DNA of 64,000 nucleotides from Eledone cirrhosa (Eukaryota): NCBI GenBank assembly GCA_964016885.1, contig OZ024742.1, positions 371,504,001 to 371,568,000 of the forward strand, read 5' to 3'. Shown piece by piece: positions 1 to 12,595 of this stretch (position 1 is its first letter; each line of letters starts with the position of its first letter). The notes under the pieces were generated by a model. It saw only the letters and a program-made list of their open reading frames with translations, ran no database searches and was not told where the DNA came from. The position numbers and the translations under genes were made by a program.

Positions 1-149
1 GAGAGAAGGGAGACTTTCTTGTCAAGTGACTGAACTAAGAGATTTACAATACAACCACGGATAGATTAAGATGGGGTCCCTGATTGTAAATTTCATTAGG
101 ACCCTAATATATTATTTAGCATAGCCAAAACATTAATTCATGGCCTCTA

Positions 150-700
150 TCTACATTGGATCGGGCGAATTGCCTGAGCCAACTCCACTCTCCCTCTCCA
201 GATATCCCTGTCCTCCATCGCTGTTTTCAGGTCTTTGATTGTCAAACCAATATCTTTAATCAGTTGGTCGATATAAGTCATCCAAGGACACCCTCACATC
301 AGATGTCCTTGGGTTGACAAAAGAAGAATGCTAACAAGTTTGTCTTTGCTTCGGTAGCAGTGACCAGCATATCCCATCCTTCTTTCTCTTACTAAATCTG
401 ATACAGGAGGGATCTGTCCATATAGATCTTCTCTCAGGGAATGCTGCTTCCAAGACATGTTCAGTACTAAGCGTAGCATTCGGATGTATTTCCCATCAAA
501 CTTGTTCACTAATCTTTGTGTCATTGTCCATGCTGAGAAGCCATACAAAAGAACCAACTCAACTACAGCTCTGAAGAAGCTTCTCTTCATTTTATTTAAT
601 AAGAAGAATTTCCAGATTAACCTGAGGCTATCAAGAGCAATCCATGCTTTAGCTATCCATATGGTTATGTCTACAGCCCACTCAATTCCCATCGCTTAAT
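150..700 (-). mobile_element. Decayed RTE-like LINE fragment (C-terminal part of RT ORF)
   Basis: ORF 294..692(-) reads FFRAVVELVLLYGFSAWT...YIRMLRLVLNMSWKQH...RERRMGYAGHCYR, the typical post-RT region of RTE-clade ORFs (LLYGxExW...RRxxxxGH). Boundaries approximate. Confidence 0.75.
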
Positions 701-977
701 CTGCCTCTGATCCATGTTTTATAGACCAATGTAGGTGCAGACACTAGTTTCTGATTCAGTAAAAATTGCGATTAGCCAAAACTCCTGAACAATACACAAC
801 AGTGACGCCATAATTTGATATATTTGTTAATTTATAAAGACATAAAGATCAATATTCAATGATAGACTGAAATATTTGCTATGTAACTATCTCTTATTCT
901 TATTCTTAATCAATCATAATAATATGACTTGTGTGTTTGTATATTTATATATATATCTCTGTCTATAACTCTTTAAA

Positions 978-1082
978 ATGAAAGGTAAAATTAACCTTGT
1001 TGGGATTTGAACTCAGAAGTAAAGTATCAGAACAAACACTGTTAAGCTGGCGCTCTAACGACTCTGCCAATTCCACTACCTT
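978..1082 (-). mobile_element. tRNA-derived SINE fragment
   Basis: atgaaaggtaaaattaaccttgttgggatttgaactcaga matches the SINE copies at 3880-4048 and 12033-12210; B-box-like gagttcaaatc on the - strand. Confidence 0.7.
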
Positions 1083-1217
1083 GAAGTGAAGAGTATAATA
1101 ATTATAACAAAGACAACAATGTCATCACCCTATACACCACCACCACCATTTTCAGCTTATTTATAAGTTCAGGTCTACCTTCAGGGGCAGATCGAAATTG
1201 GCTTAAACCAACCTTCT

Positions 1218-1398
1218 TTGCCTCTGTTCTACTTCACAGCCAAACACTGCCTTGTTTGCCTCTGTTCTACCTCACAGCCAAACACCATCTTACTTGCCTC
1301 TGTTCCACCTCGCAGCCAAACACCACCTTACTTGCCTCTGTTCCACCTCACAGCCAAACACCACCTTACTTGCCTCTGTTCCACCTCACAGCCAAACT
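1218..1398 (+). repeat. 38-bp tandem repeat, about 5 copies
   Basis: Unit ttgcctctgttccacctcacagccaaacaccaccttac read directly. Confidence 0.9.
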
Positions 1399-1890
1399 GC
1401 GGTGCTTTGCTCAATTTTCTGCCCTCCTCATTGACCGGTACTCTTCTTGATGAGTGCACTCACATCAGTGTGGCCCAATGCCTCAGCCTCCGCATAAATG
1501 CTGTCGTTGATGAATTCTGCTTGCCTCCATTATCATGCTGCCAGAACACAGGCCAGTTCTCCTGACATGCTGCTCTGAATGACATAATGAGAAGGAGCCT
1601 TGACACAGCTGGCTTCCCATCACATCTGAAGCCAGTAGGCCTCTACTAGGGTGATGGCAAGCACCTCAACAGAATTACCCTCTTTCCTTTCGAAGAAGGT
1701 AAATACTTCACTTGGGACGTGACATGCTGTGACACATTCTCTGCCTCCAACTTAGTCACCTCAGCCACAAACCCCAGTACTTCGGCTCACAATGCTGAGG
1801 ATAGAAAGATAAGCAAATACTGGAGCTTGTCCAGCCAATTCCTCTTTGCACTGGTCACCGTTGAGACCTCAGCCGTCCTCAAACCCTAGA
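1380..1890 (+). mobile_element. Relic of a CRE-like non-LTR retrotransposon (zinc knuckle plus restriction-like endonuclease region)
   Basis: Translation through stops gives GALLNFLPSSLTGTLLD...LSCCQNTGQFS*HAALNDIMRRSLDTAGFPSHLKPVGLY*GDGKHLNRITLFPFEEGKYFTWDVTCCDT. This resembles the CRE consensus GRxxRHxxLNDIIxRAL...EPxGL...DGKRPDGxT...WDxTCxDT. Confidence 0.7.
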
Positions 1891-1894
1891 CCAC

Positions 1895-1904
1895 TTCTAC
1901 CACC

Positions 1905-1969
<65 letters not shown>
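1895..1969 (+). repeat. (CCA)n/(CTA)n microsatellite
   Basis: Direct reading; sits just upstream of the protease exon acceptor. Confidence 0.95.
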
Positions 1970-1993
1970 AAACTAAATTCTGTTTAATTTCAG

Positions 1994-2165
1994 CATCCTA
2001 ATTTTATAAATGGTGGTAATTACCCTAACGACATAGCTTTGATGCGTCTTGATCACCCAGCAGATGTGATAGGGTTTTATGTTAGACAGGCCTGTATCCC
2101 TGATATTGACGCTGGATTTCAGCCTGGAGATGAATGTTGGACAATGGGATGGGGTGAGACTAAAG
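1994..2165 (+). CDS. S1 serine protease, internal exon with catalytic Asp
   Basis: tttcag|CAT...AAAG|gtaag. Translates HPNFINGGNYPNDIALMRLDHPADVIGFYVRQACIPDIDAGFQPGDECWTMGWGETK; DIAL and CxxxGWG motifs; 172 nt, ends phase 1. Upstream exons including the catalytic His were not found in the window. Confidence 0.95.
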
Positions 2166-2344
2166 GTAAGCTTGCTTTACATTAGTAATTTGTGGGGGGT
2201 GGGGTGGGGTTTTATTAGTAATTTGTGGAGATTGGGTGGGGTTGAATTTAAGTGGCTGGAGTTGGGAGTTGGTGGACCTCAGTTTTGATGTGTTCCAGTG
2301 GTTCAAACAATGGAATAGCCTGCTTATGAAAATAACTGATAAGT

Positions 2345-2740
2345 GCCTGAGCATTCCAGAGATACGTGTTGTTGTTGTTATTCTAACAGCAGAACAGCCT
2401 GGTCATGAAATTAATGTGCAAGTGGCTGAGTATTCCATGGATATGTATTGTTGTTTGACCTTTATCAGTTTCAACAATGAGTGTTCTAGTTATTCAAAAA
2501 ATGGAACATCCTGCTTCTGAAATTAAGACGCAAGTGACTGAGCATCCCACAAACATGTGTCCTGTACTTTTAACATAATTCTCAGGGAGATTCAGCATAA
2601 GAGTGTGACAAAGTTGGTCTTTTACAGGTAGAATCCATCTTATTTTGAAGTACAAGTGGCTGAATATTTCACAAATTTGTGTACCTCTACTGTTTACATG
2701 GTTCTCAGGGAGATTCAGCTGTATATGAATTAGTTACAAC
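2345..2740. repeat. Degenerate interspersed repeat with internal direct repeats
   Basis: caagtg(g/a)ctga...at occurs three times (about 2418, 2531, 2653) and ttctcagggagattcagc twice. Family unassigned. Confidence 0.45.
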
Positions 2741-2741
2741 A

Positions 2742-2870
2742 TATTTCTTCAAGCTGAGTGGACTGGGGCAATATGAAATAAAGAGTCTTGCTCAAGGACA
2801 CAATAGAATGCCGAGAATTGAACTCACCACTTTACAGTTATGATCCAAACATCATAACCACTAAGCCACA
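2742..2870 (-). mobile_element. tRNA-derived SINE (second family)
   Basis: - strand head gtgtggcttagtgg (A box) and gagttcaattc (B box), then gtccttgagcaagac; homologous to 22065-22212. Confidence 0.75.
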
Positions 2871-3752
2871 CACCATCATCACCACCACCACCATCACCAT
2901 CATCACCACCACCACCACCACCATCATCACCACCATCATCACCACCACCACCACCATCATCACCACCATCATCACCACCACCACCATAATCATCACCACC
3001 ACCACCATCATCACCACCATCATCATCACCACCACCACCATCATCATCACCACCACCACCATCACCACCGCCACCATCACCACCACCATCACCACCACCA
3101 CCATCACCACCACCATCATCACCACCACCATCACCATCATCACAACCATCATCACCACCACCACCATCATCATCACCATCACCACCACCACCATCACCAC
3201 CACCATCATCACCACCACCACCACCACCACCACCACCACCACCATCATCACCACCACCACCATCACCACCACCATCATCACCACCACCATCACCATCATC
3301 ACCACCATCATCATCACCACCACCACCATCATCATCACCACCACCACCATCATCACTGCCACCACCATCACCACCACCACCATCATCACCACCACCATCA
3401 CCACCACCACCATCACCACCACCATCATCAATACCACCACCACCATCATCACCACCATCACCACCACCACCATCATCACCACCACCACCACCATCACCAT
3501 CATCACTGCCACCACCATCACCATCACCACCATCATCACCACCATCATCACCACCACCACCACCATCATCACCACCATCACCATCACCACCACCACCATC
3601 ACCACCATCACCACCACCACCATCACCACCACCATCATCACCACCACCACCACCATCATCACCACCATCACCACCACCATCATCACCACCACCACCACCA
3701 TCATCACCACCATCACCACCACCATCATCACCACCACCACCACCACCACCAT
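2868..3752 (+). repeat. Compound (CAC/CAT)n trinucleotide microsatellite, about 885 bp
   Basis: Direct reading; explains the poly-Thr/Ile and poly-Val/Met ORFs. Confidence 0.97.
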
Positions 3753-3879
3753 TACTGTTTTACGTCCATTTTTCCCCACTAGTTATAGTAGTTGTCCTGT
3801 TGTGAGACAAGCCAGATCAGATGACCATCTCTTCCTCCTACAGCTACCCTTCTACCCTTCCTAACATCTACTAATATAG

Positions 3880-4048
3880 AATGGTTTCTACTTTTGGCAC
3901 AAGGCCAGCAATTACCCAGTGTATTACTGGTACTTTATTTTATCGACCTCGTAAGGATGAAACGCAAAGTTAACCTCGGCGGAATTTGAACTCAGAGTGT
4001 CAAGGACCATAACTCTATACGTCAAAGCATGGCGTCCGACCCTCTACC
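3880..4048 (-). mobile_element. tRNA-derived SINE
   Basis: Highly similar to 12033-12210 (ggcacaaggccagcaat...actggtacttta...tttatcgacc...gatgaaa...aacctcggcgg.atttgaactcaga...aaagcatggcgtccgaccctctacc); B box on the - strand. Confidence 0.85.
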
Positions 4049-7000
4049 TGATAATCTACCCAATATGTTAACCTCACAGATAATCTACCCAATATGTTAA
4101 CCTCAGTGATAATCTACCCAATATGTTAATCTCAGTGATAATCTACCCAATACGTTAACCTCACTGATAATCTACCCAATATGTTAATCTCAGTGATAAT
4201 CTACCTAATATGTTAACCTCAGTGATAATCTACCCAATACGTTACTCTCAGTGATAATCTACCCAATATGTTAACCTCAGTGATAATCTACCCAATATGT
4301 TAACCTCACTGATAATCTACCCAATATGTTAACCTCACTGATAATCTACCCAATATTTTAATCTCAGTGATAATCTACCCAATATGTTAACCTCACTGAT
4401 AATCTACCCAATATGTTAATCTCAGTGATAATCTACCCAATATGTTAACCTCACTGATAATCTACCCAATATGTTAACCTCTGATAATCTACCCAATATG
4501 TTAACCTCACTGATAATCTACCCAATATGTTAATCTCAGTGATAATCTACCCAATACGTTAACCTCACTGTAATCTACCCAATATGTTAAGCTCAGTGAT
4601 AATCTACCCAATATGTTAACCTCACTGATAATCTACCCAATATTTTAACCTCACTGATAATCTACCCAATATGTTAACCTCACTGATAATCTACCCAATA
4701 TGTTAATCTCAGTGATAATCTACCCAATATGTTAACCTCACTGATAATCTACCCAATACGTTAACCTCACTGATAATCTACCCAATATGTTAACCTCACT
4801 GATAATCTACCCAATATGTTAACCTCACTGATAATCTACCCAATATGTTAATCTCAGTGATAATCTACCCAATATGTTAATCTCAGTGATAATCTACCCA
4901 ATATGTTAACCTCACTGATAATCTACCCAATATGTTAACCTCACTGATAATCTACCCAATATGTTAAGCTCAGTGATAATCTACCCAATATGTTAATCTC
5001 ACTGATAATCTACCCAATATGTTAATCTCAGTGATAATCTACCCAATATGTTAACCTCAGTGATAATCTACCCAATATGTTAACCTGACTGATAATCTAC
5101 CCAATATGTTAACCTCAGTGATAATCTACCCAATATGTTAACCTCAGTGATAATCTACCCAATATGTTAATCTCACTGATAATCTACCCAATATGTTAAC
5201 CTGAGTGATAATCTACCCAATATGTTAATCTCAGTGATAATCTACCCAATATGTTAACCTCACTGATAATCTACCCAATATGTTAACCTCACTGATAATC
5301 TACCCAATATGTTAACCTCACTGATAATCTACCCAATATGTTAACCTCACTGATAATCTACCCAATATGTTAATCTCAGTGATAATCTACCCAATATGTT
5401 AACCTCACTGATAATCTACCCAATATGTTAATCTCAGTGATAATCTACCCAATATGTTAACCTCACTGATAATCTACCCAATATGTTAATCTCAGTGATA
5501 ATCTACCCAATATGTTAACCTCACTGATAATCTACCCAATATGTTAACCTCAGTGATAATCTACCCAATATGTTAACCTCACTGATAATCTACCCAATAT
5601 GTTAACCTCAGTGATAATCTACCCAATATGTTAACCTCACTGATAATCTACCCAATATGTTAATCTCAGTGATAATCTTCCCAATATGTTAACCTCACTG
5701 ATAATCTACCCAATATGTTAACCTCACTGATAATCTACCCAATATGTTAATCTCAGTGATAATCTACCCAAAATGTTAACCTCACTGATAATCTACCCAA
5801 TATGTTAATCTCAGTGATAATCTTCCCAATATGTTAACCTCACTGATAATCTACCCAATATGTTAACCTCACTGATAATCTACCCAATATGTTAACCTCA
5901 CTGATAATCTACCCAATATGTTAACCTCAGTGATAATCTACCCAATATGTTAACCTCAGTGATAATCTACCCAATATGTTAACCTCAGTGATAATCTACC
6001 CAATATGTTAACCTCAGTGATAATCTACCCAATATGTTAACCTCAGTGATAATCTACCCAATATGTTAACCTCACTGATAATCTACCCAATATGTTAATC
6101 TCAGTGATAATCTTCCCAATATGTTAACCTCAGTGATAATCTACCCAATATGTTAACCTCACTGATAATATACCCAATATGTTAACCTCAGTGATAATCT
6201 ACCCAATATGTTAACCTCAGTGATAATCTACCCAATATGTTAACCTCAGTGATAATCTACCCAATATGTTAACCTCAGTGATAATCTACCCAATATGTTA
6301 ACCTCAGTGATAATCTACCCAATATGTTAACCTCAGTGATAATCTACCCAATATGTTAATCTCAGTGATAATCTACCCAATATGTTAACCTCACTGATAA
6401 TCTACCCAATATGTTAATCTCAGTGATAATCTACCCAATATGTTAACCTCACTGATAATCTACCCAATACGTTACTCTCAGTGATAATCTACCCAATATG
6501 TTAACCTCAGTGATAATCTACCCAATATGTTAACCTCACTGATAATCTACCCAATATGTTAACCTCACTGATAATCTACCCAATATTTAAATCTCAGTGA
6601 TAATCTACCCAATATGTTAACCTCACTGATAATCTACCCAATATGTTAATCTCAGTGATAATCTACCCAATATGTTAACCTCACTGATAATCTACCCAAT
6701 ATGTTAATCTCAGTGATAATCTACCCAATATGTTAACCTCACTGATAATCTACCCAATATGTTAATCTCAGTGATAATCTACCCAATATGTTAACCTCAC
6801 TGATAATCTACCCAATATGTTAACCTCACTAATAATCTACCCAATATGTTAACCTCACTGATAATCTACCCAATATGTTAACCTCACTGATAATCTACCC
6901 AATATGTTAACCTCACTGATAATCTACCTAATATGTTAACCTCAGTGATAATCTACCCAATATGTTAACCTCACTGATAATCTACCCAATATGTTAACCT

Positions 7001-10000
7001 CACTGATAATCTACCCAATATGTAACCTCACTGATAATCTACCCAATATGTTAACCTCAGTGATAATCTACCCAATATGTTAACCCCAGTGATAATCTAC
7101 CCAATATGTTAACCTCAGTGATAATCTACCCAATATGTTAATCTCAGTGATAATCTACCCAATACGTTAACCTCACTGATAATCTACCCAATATGTTAAT
7201 CTCAGTGATAATCTACCCAATATGTTAACCTCAGTGATAATCTACCCAATATGTTAACCTCAGTGATAATCTACTCAATACGTTAACCTCAGTGATAATC
7301 TACCCAATATGTTAATCTCAGTGATAATCTACCCAATATGTTAACCTCAGTGATAATCTACCCAATACGTTAACCTCAGTGATAATCTACCCAATATGTT
7401 AACCTCAATGATAATCTACCCAATATGTTAACCTCACTGATAATCTACCCAATATGTTAACCTCACTGATAATCTACCCAATATGTTAATCTCACTGATA
7501 ATCTACCCAATATGTTAACCTCACTGATAATCTACCCAATATGTTAACCTCACTGATAATCTACCCAATATGTTAACCTCAGTGATAATCTACCCAATAT
7601 GTTAACCTCACTGATAATCTACCTAATATGTTAACCTCACTGATAATCTACCCAATATGTTAATCTCACTGATAATCTACCCAATATGTTAACCTCACTG
7701 ATAATCTACCCAATATGTTAACCTCACTGATAATCTACCCAATATGTTAACCTCACTGATAATCTACCCAATATGTTAACCTCACTGATAATCTACCTAA
7801 TATGTTAACCTCAGTGATAATCTACCCAATATGTTAACCTCACTGATAATCTACCCAATATCTTAACCTCACTGATAATCTACCCAATATGTTAACCTCA
7901 CTGATAATCTACCCAATATGTTAACCTCAGTGATAATCTACCCAATACGTTAACCTCAGTGATAATCTACCCAATATGTTAACCTCACTGATAATCTACC
8001 CAATATGTTAACCTCACTGATAATCTACCCAATATGTTAACCTCACTGATAATCTACCCAATACGTTAACCTCACTGATAATCTACCCAATACGTTAACC
8101 TCACTGATAATCTACCCAATACGTTAACCTCACTGATAATCTACCCAATATGTTAACCTCAGTGATAATCTACCCAATATGTTAACCTCAGTGATAATCT
8201 ACCCAATATGTTAACCTCACTGATAATCTACCCAATACGTTAACCTCACTGATAATCTACCCAATATGTTAACCTCACTGATAATCTACCCAATATGTTA
8301 ACCTCACTGATAATCTACCTAATATGTTAACCTCACTGATAATCTACCCAATATGTTAACCTCAGTGATAATCTACCCAATATGTTAACCTCAGTGATAA
8401 TCTACCCAATATGTTAACCTCAGTGATAATCTACCCAATATGTTAACCTCACTGATAATCTACCCAACATGTTAACCTCAGTGATAATCTACCCAATATG
8501 TTAACCTCAGTGATAATCTACCCAATATGTTAACCTCAGTGATAATCTACCCAATAGGTTAACCTCAGTGATAATCTACCCAATATGTTAACCTCACTGA
8601 TAATCTACCCAATATGTTAACCTCAGTGATAATCTACCCAATATGTTAATCTCAGTGATAATCTACCCAATATGTTAACCTCACTGATAATCTACCCAAT
8701 ATGTTAACCTCACTGATAATCTACCCAATATGTTAACCTCACTGATAATCTACCCAATATGTTAACCTCACTGATAATCTACCCAATATGTTAACCTCAG
8801 TGATAATCTACCCAAAGTGTTAACCTCACTCTTAATCTACCCAATATGTTAACCTCAGTGATAATCTACCCAATATGTTAACCTCAGTGATAATCTACCC
8901 AATATGTTAACCTCAGTGATAATCTACCCAATATGTTAACCTCAGTGATAATCTACCCAATATGTTAACCTCAGTGATAATCTACCCAATATGTTAACCT
9001 CAGTGATAATCTACCCAATATGTTAACCTCAGTGATAATCTACCCAATATGTTAACCTCAGTGATAATCTACCCAATATGTTAACCTCAGTGATAATCTA
9101 CCCAATATGTTAACCTCAGTGATAATCTACCCAATATGTTAACCTCAGTGATAAGCTACCCAATATGTTAACCTCACTGATAATCTACCCAATATGTTAA
9201 CCTCACTGATAATCTACCCAATATGTTAACCTCACTGATAATCTACCCAATATGTTAACCTCAGTGATAATCTACCCAATATGTTAACCTCAGTGATAAT
9301 CTACCCAATATGTTAACTTCAGTGATAATCTACCCAATATGTTAACCTCACTGATAATCTACCCAATATGTTAACCTCAGTGATAATCTACCCAATATGT
9401 TAACCTCACTGATAATCTACCCAATATGTTAACCTCACTGATAATCTACCCAATATGTTAACCTCAGTGATAATCTACCCAATATGTTAACCTCACTGAT
9501 AATCTACCCAATATGTTAACCTCAGTGATAATCTACCCAATATGTTAACCTCAGTGATAATCTACCCAATATGTTAACCTCAGTGATAATCTACCCAATA
9601 TGTTAACCTCACTGATAATCTACCCAATATGTTAACCTCAGTGATAATCTACCCAATATGTTAACCTCAGTGATAATCTACCCAATATGTTAACCTCACT
9701 GATAATCTACCCAATATGTTAACCTCAGTGATAATCTACCCAATATGTTAACCTCAGTGATAATCTACCCAATATGTTAACCTCAGTGATAATCTACCCA
9801 ATATGTTAACCTCACTGATAATCTACCCAATATGTTAACCTCAGTGATAATCTACCCAATATGTTAACCTCACTGATAATCTACCCAATATGTTAACCTC
9901 AGTGATAATCTACCCAATATGTTAACCTCAGTGATAATCTACCCAATATGTTAACCTCACTGATAATCTACCCAATATGTTAACCTCAGTGATAATCTAC

Positions 10001-11834
10001 CCAATATGTTAACCTCAGTGATAATCTACCCAATATGTTAACCTCAGTGATAATCTACCCAATATGTTAACCTCACTGATAATCTACCCAATATGTTAAC
10101 CTCAGTGATAATCTACCCAATATGTTAACCTCAGTGATAATCTACCCAATATGTTAACCTCACTGATAATCTACCCAATATGTTAACCTCAGTGATAATC
10201 TACCCAATATGTTAACCTCAGTGATAATCTACCCAATATGTTAACCTCAGTGATAATCTACCCAATATGTTAACCTCACTGATAATCTACCCAATATGTT
10301 AACCTCAGTGATAATCTACCCAATATGTTAACCTCACTGATAATCTACCCAATATGTTAACCTCAGTGATAATCTACCCAATATGTTAACCTCAGTGATA
10401 ATCTACCCAATATGTTAACCTCACTGATAATCTACCCAATATGTTAACCTCAGTGATAATCTACCCAATATGTTAACCTCAGTGATAATCTACCCAATAT
10501 GTTAACTTCACTGATAATCTACCCAATATGTTAACCTCAGTGATAATCTACCCAATATGTTAACCTCAGTGATAATCTACCCAATATGTTAACTTCACTG
10601 ATAATCTACCCAATATGTTAACCTCAGTGATAATCTACCCAATATGTTAACCCCACTGATAATCTACCCAATATGTTAACCTCACTGATAATCTACCCAA
10701 TATGTTAACCTCAGTGATAATCTACCCAATATGTTAACCTCAGTGATAATCTACCCAATATGTTAACCTCACTGATAATCTACCCAATATGTTAACCTCA
10801 GTGATAATCTACCCAATATGTTAACCTCAGTGATAATCTACCCAATATGTTAACTTCACTGATAATCTACCCAATATGTTAACCTCAGTGATAATCTACC
10901 CAATATGTTAACCTCAGTGATAATCTACCCAATATGTTAACTTCACTGATAATCTACCCAATATGTTAACCTCAGTGATAATCTACCCAATATGTTAACT
11001 TCACTGATAATCTACCCAATATGTTAACCTCAGTGATAATCTACCCAATATGTTAACCTCAGTGATAATCTACCCAATATGTTAACCTCAGTGATAATCT
11101 ACCCAATATGTTAACCTCAGTGATAATCTACCCAATATGTTAACCTCACTGATAATCTACCCAATATGTTAACCTCAGTGATAATCTACCCAATATGTTA
11201 ACCTCAGTGATAATCTACCCAATATGTTAACCCCACTGATAATCTACCCAATATGTTAACCCCACTGATAATCTACCCAATATGTTAACCCCAGTGATAA
11301 TCTACCCAATATGTTAACCCCAGTGATAATCTACCCAATATGTTAACCTCACTGATAATCTACCCAATATGTTAACCTCAGTGATAATCTACCCAATATG
11401 TTAACCTCAGTGATAATCTACCCAATATGTTAACCTCACTGATAATCTACCCAATATGTTAACCTCAGTGATAATCTACCCAATATGTTAACCCCAGTGA
11501 TAATCTACCCAATATGTTAACCTCACTGATAATCTACCCAATATGTTAACCTCACTGATAATCTACCCAATATGTTAACCCCAGTGATAATCTACCCAAT
11601 ATGTTAACCCCAGTGATAATCTACCCAATATGTTAACCCCACTGATAATCTACCCAATATGTTAACCCCACTGATAATCTACCCAATATGTTAACCCCAG
11701 TGATAATCTACCCAATATGTTAACCCCACTGATAATCTACCCAATATGTTAACCCCAGTGATAATCTACCCAATATGTTAACCCCAGTGATAATCTACCC
11801 AATATGTTAACCCCAGTGATAATCTACCCAATAG
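4049..11834 (+). repeat. 29-bp satellite, about 268 copies, in the protease intron
   Basis: Unit tgataatctacccaatatgttaacctca(g/c); uninterrupted for 7.8 kb and ends exactly at the splice acceptor AG. Confidence 0.98.
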
Positions 11835-11971
11835 ATTATGCAGACCAAAGTATTCTTCAAGAATTGCAGGTCCATGTCAGAAGTAATTCAGAATGTTCTG
11901 TTCGGTGGGGTCGACGAAGGATCCTCAATTCCCATATTTGTGTTGGTAATGGTGACAATGGAGCATGTAAT
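11835..11971 (+). CDS. S1 serine protease, penultimate exon
   Basis: ccaatag|AT...AAT|gtaagt. Phase-1 start gives (D)YADQSILQELQVHVRSNSECSVRWGRRRILNSHICVGNGDNGACN; 137 nt, ends phase 0 immediately before GDSGGP. Confidence 0.95.
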
Positions 11972-12032
11972 GTAAGTATATCAGTGTAAATTTCCATTTT
12001 GGGGGTAGGAGGTGGAGGTGTCAATAAATAAT

Positions 12033-12210
12033 TGTTTCTACTTTAGGCACAAGGCCAGCAATCACCCAGTGCATTACTGGTACTTTACTTTATCGACCCC
12101 GTAAGGATGAAAGGCAAAGTCAACCTCGGCGGGATTTGAACTCAGATCGTAAAGGGACATAACTATGCTGGAAAGCATGGCGTCCGACCCTCTACCGATA
12201 CTGCCAATCC
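12033..12210 (-). mobile_element. tRNA-derived SINE
   Basis: - strand A box tggcagtatcgg and B box gagttcaaatc; same family as 3880-4048. Confidence 0.85.
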
Positions 12211-12242
12211 AAATAATATACCTAATAAAGTTCTTTGTCTGT

Positions 12243-12595
12243 TTATTCCTGAGAGGGTTGTAGGGTCAGAGTCCTCAAACACTCCATCCAGTGGGTCCTG
12301 TCAGAAGCAACTGATCTGGCTGGATCCCCAAGTGAGACCAGCCAAGCTCATGGATGTTATCCAACCATCTTGCTTGGGGTTTATCCCCGGGTCTCTTGCC
12401 GATTGCTTTTGCCCATAAAATCTGTCCAGCAATTCTTTCCTGAGACATTCTAACCATATGCCCATAGTATTGGAGCTGGTATCTCTCAACTCGGAGAAGT
12501 AGCAGTTCTACCTGGAGTGACTCTAATCTCCGAGCTATGCACTCTATCGAGTAATGTTACTCCAAGGACCCTTCAGAGGAACCCCATCTCTGACC
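12243..12595 (-). mobile_element. Decayed RTE-like LINE 3' fragment
   Basis: GHMVRMSQERIAGQILWAKAIGKRPGDKPQARWLDNI resembles the RTE C-terminus (GH..RM...R....G.R..GRP..RW.D); second copy at 15005-15350. Confidence 0.75.

Noticed and set aside
2079-2288. 69-aa ORF overlapping the protease exon
   Set aside because: Wrong frame; the DIAL/GWG frame starts at 1994.
2788-3864. 358-aa Thr/Ile-rich mucin-like ORF and antisense Val/Met ORF
   Set aside because: Translation of a CAC/CAT microsatellite inside the protease intron; the start lies in a SINE.
4049-11834. CRISPR-like array suggested by the 29-bp periodicity
   Set aside because: Units are contiguous with no unique spacers, no cas genes are present, and the context is a eukaryotic intron. 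The same applies to the 43-, 48- and 53-bp arrays.
11804-11989. Stand-alone 61-aa ORF
   Set aside because: It is the protease exon with satellite and intron read-through at its ends.
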